From Thermodesulfobacteriota bacterium (GTDB lineage: Bacteria > Desulfobacterota > Desulfobulbia > Desulfobulbales > DAOVYS01), in assembly GCA_034660535.1 (NCBI GenBank), contig JAYEJK010000148.1:1-40965 (forward strand): a stretch of 40,965 nt of DNA, written 5' to 3'. The position numbers and the translations under genes are program-made. Position 1 is the first letter of the stretch. The number at the start of each line of letters is the position of its first letter. Under the pieces are notes generated by a model. That model was not told the origin of the DNA and made no database searches. It saw only the letters and a program-made list of their open reading frames with translations. Below, piece by piece: positions 40,641 to 40,965 of the stretch.

Positions 40641-40965
40641 ACCGCTACCGGAATTGAGGACGGAGTCCTCGGCGCGGTTATGACTATCCACACCTTTGGC
40701 GATTATTGCCGTTGGCATCCTCATGTGCATGGCATTGTGGCCGATGGCCTTTTCTACGGCAACGGCAAATTTTACGTCATGCCCAAAAAAGTTGAGAAGA
40801 GTTTATTGCTCTCATCACGCAACATATCCCGGATAAAAGGGCACTGGTTCAGTTTAATTGGGAAAATTTATTACCGCATATTAAATGGTTACGCCATTCT
40901 AATTTTGAAAAGATCTTGCGGCGAAATTCGCTGTTCAATCACTCCCAAAGCCACAGCCGGTACCT
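40641..40965 (+). pseudogene. IS91-family (Y2/HUH-type) transposase fragment, frameshifted; runs off the right edge
   Basis: ...GAVMTIHTFGDYCRWHPHVHGIVADGLFYGNGKFYVMP... matches the IS91-type HTFG...HPH.H motif. A shifted frame then reads ...EFIALITQHIPDK... There is no start codon or N-terminal part. Confidence 0.55.

Overview
About 41 kb of what looks like a Desulfobacterales-type (sulfate-reducer-like) deltaproteobacterial chromosome. That placement is inferred from gene content only. All family names below come from motif and architecture recognition by eye; no searches were run.

**1-12.2 kb, housekeeping.** trmFO (partial), a Lys/Arg-rich ORF with a 291-bp tandem duplication, ychF, tRNA-Cys, rnc, a radical-SAM gene, DUF1992, cmoB, an Fe-S/CCG oxidoreductase, prfB with its programmed +1 frameshift, lnt and corC.

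**12.6-18.1 kb.** A divergent four-gene biotin-carboxylase module: accC-like, fused AccA/AccD carboxyltransferase, two-domain BCCP-like protein, and an HTH-less BirA.

**18.5-20.8 kb.** An FmdE-like protein with an N-terminal extension, plus small Cys-rich and transthyretin-like proteins.

**20.9-28.3 kb and 37.3-39.0 kb, selenium-utilisation neighbourhood.**
- tRNA-Sec, selB, a double-cubane-type reductase and its activase.
- yedE, a tusA-like gene, an extended DUF3343 gene and a YjeF_C-like kinase-fold gene.
- yedF and selD. selD carries an in-frame UGA (Sec) that the ORF track misses.

**About 28.9-37.3 kb.** The selenium neighbourhood is split by a partly decayed defence-type island:
- an excisionase-type HTH gene;
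- a multi-frame gene remnant;
- tcmP, disrupted by a small mobile element and a frameshift;
- a DUF5131/Gp37-Gp68 gene fused in frame to remnants of a DUF1156-type methyltransferase;
- an intact PHP + SMC/ABC-like ATPase;
- an intact AlbA_2/Schlafen-type ATPase.

**Right end.** A zeta-toxin-like pair, an hsdS remnant disrupted by the same small element, and an IS91-type transposase fragment.

**Repeats.** At least four families of small non-autonomous or palindromic repeats pervade the intergenic DNA. Several show clean target-site duplications, nested insertions, or donate stop codons or an SD sequence to neighbouring genes. No CRISPR array or rRNA was seen.
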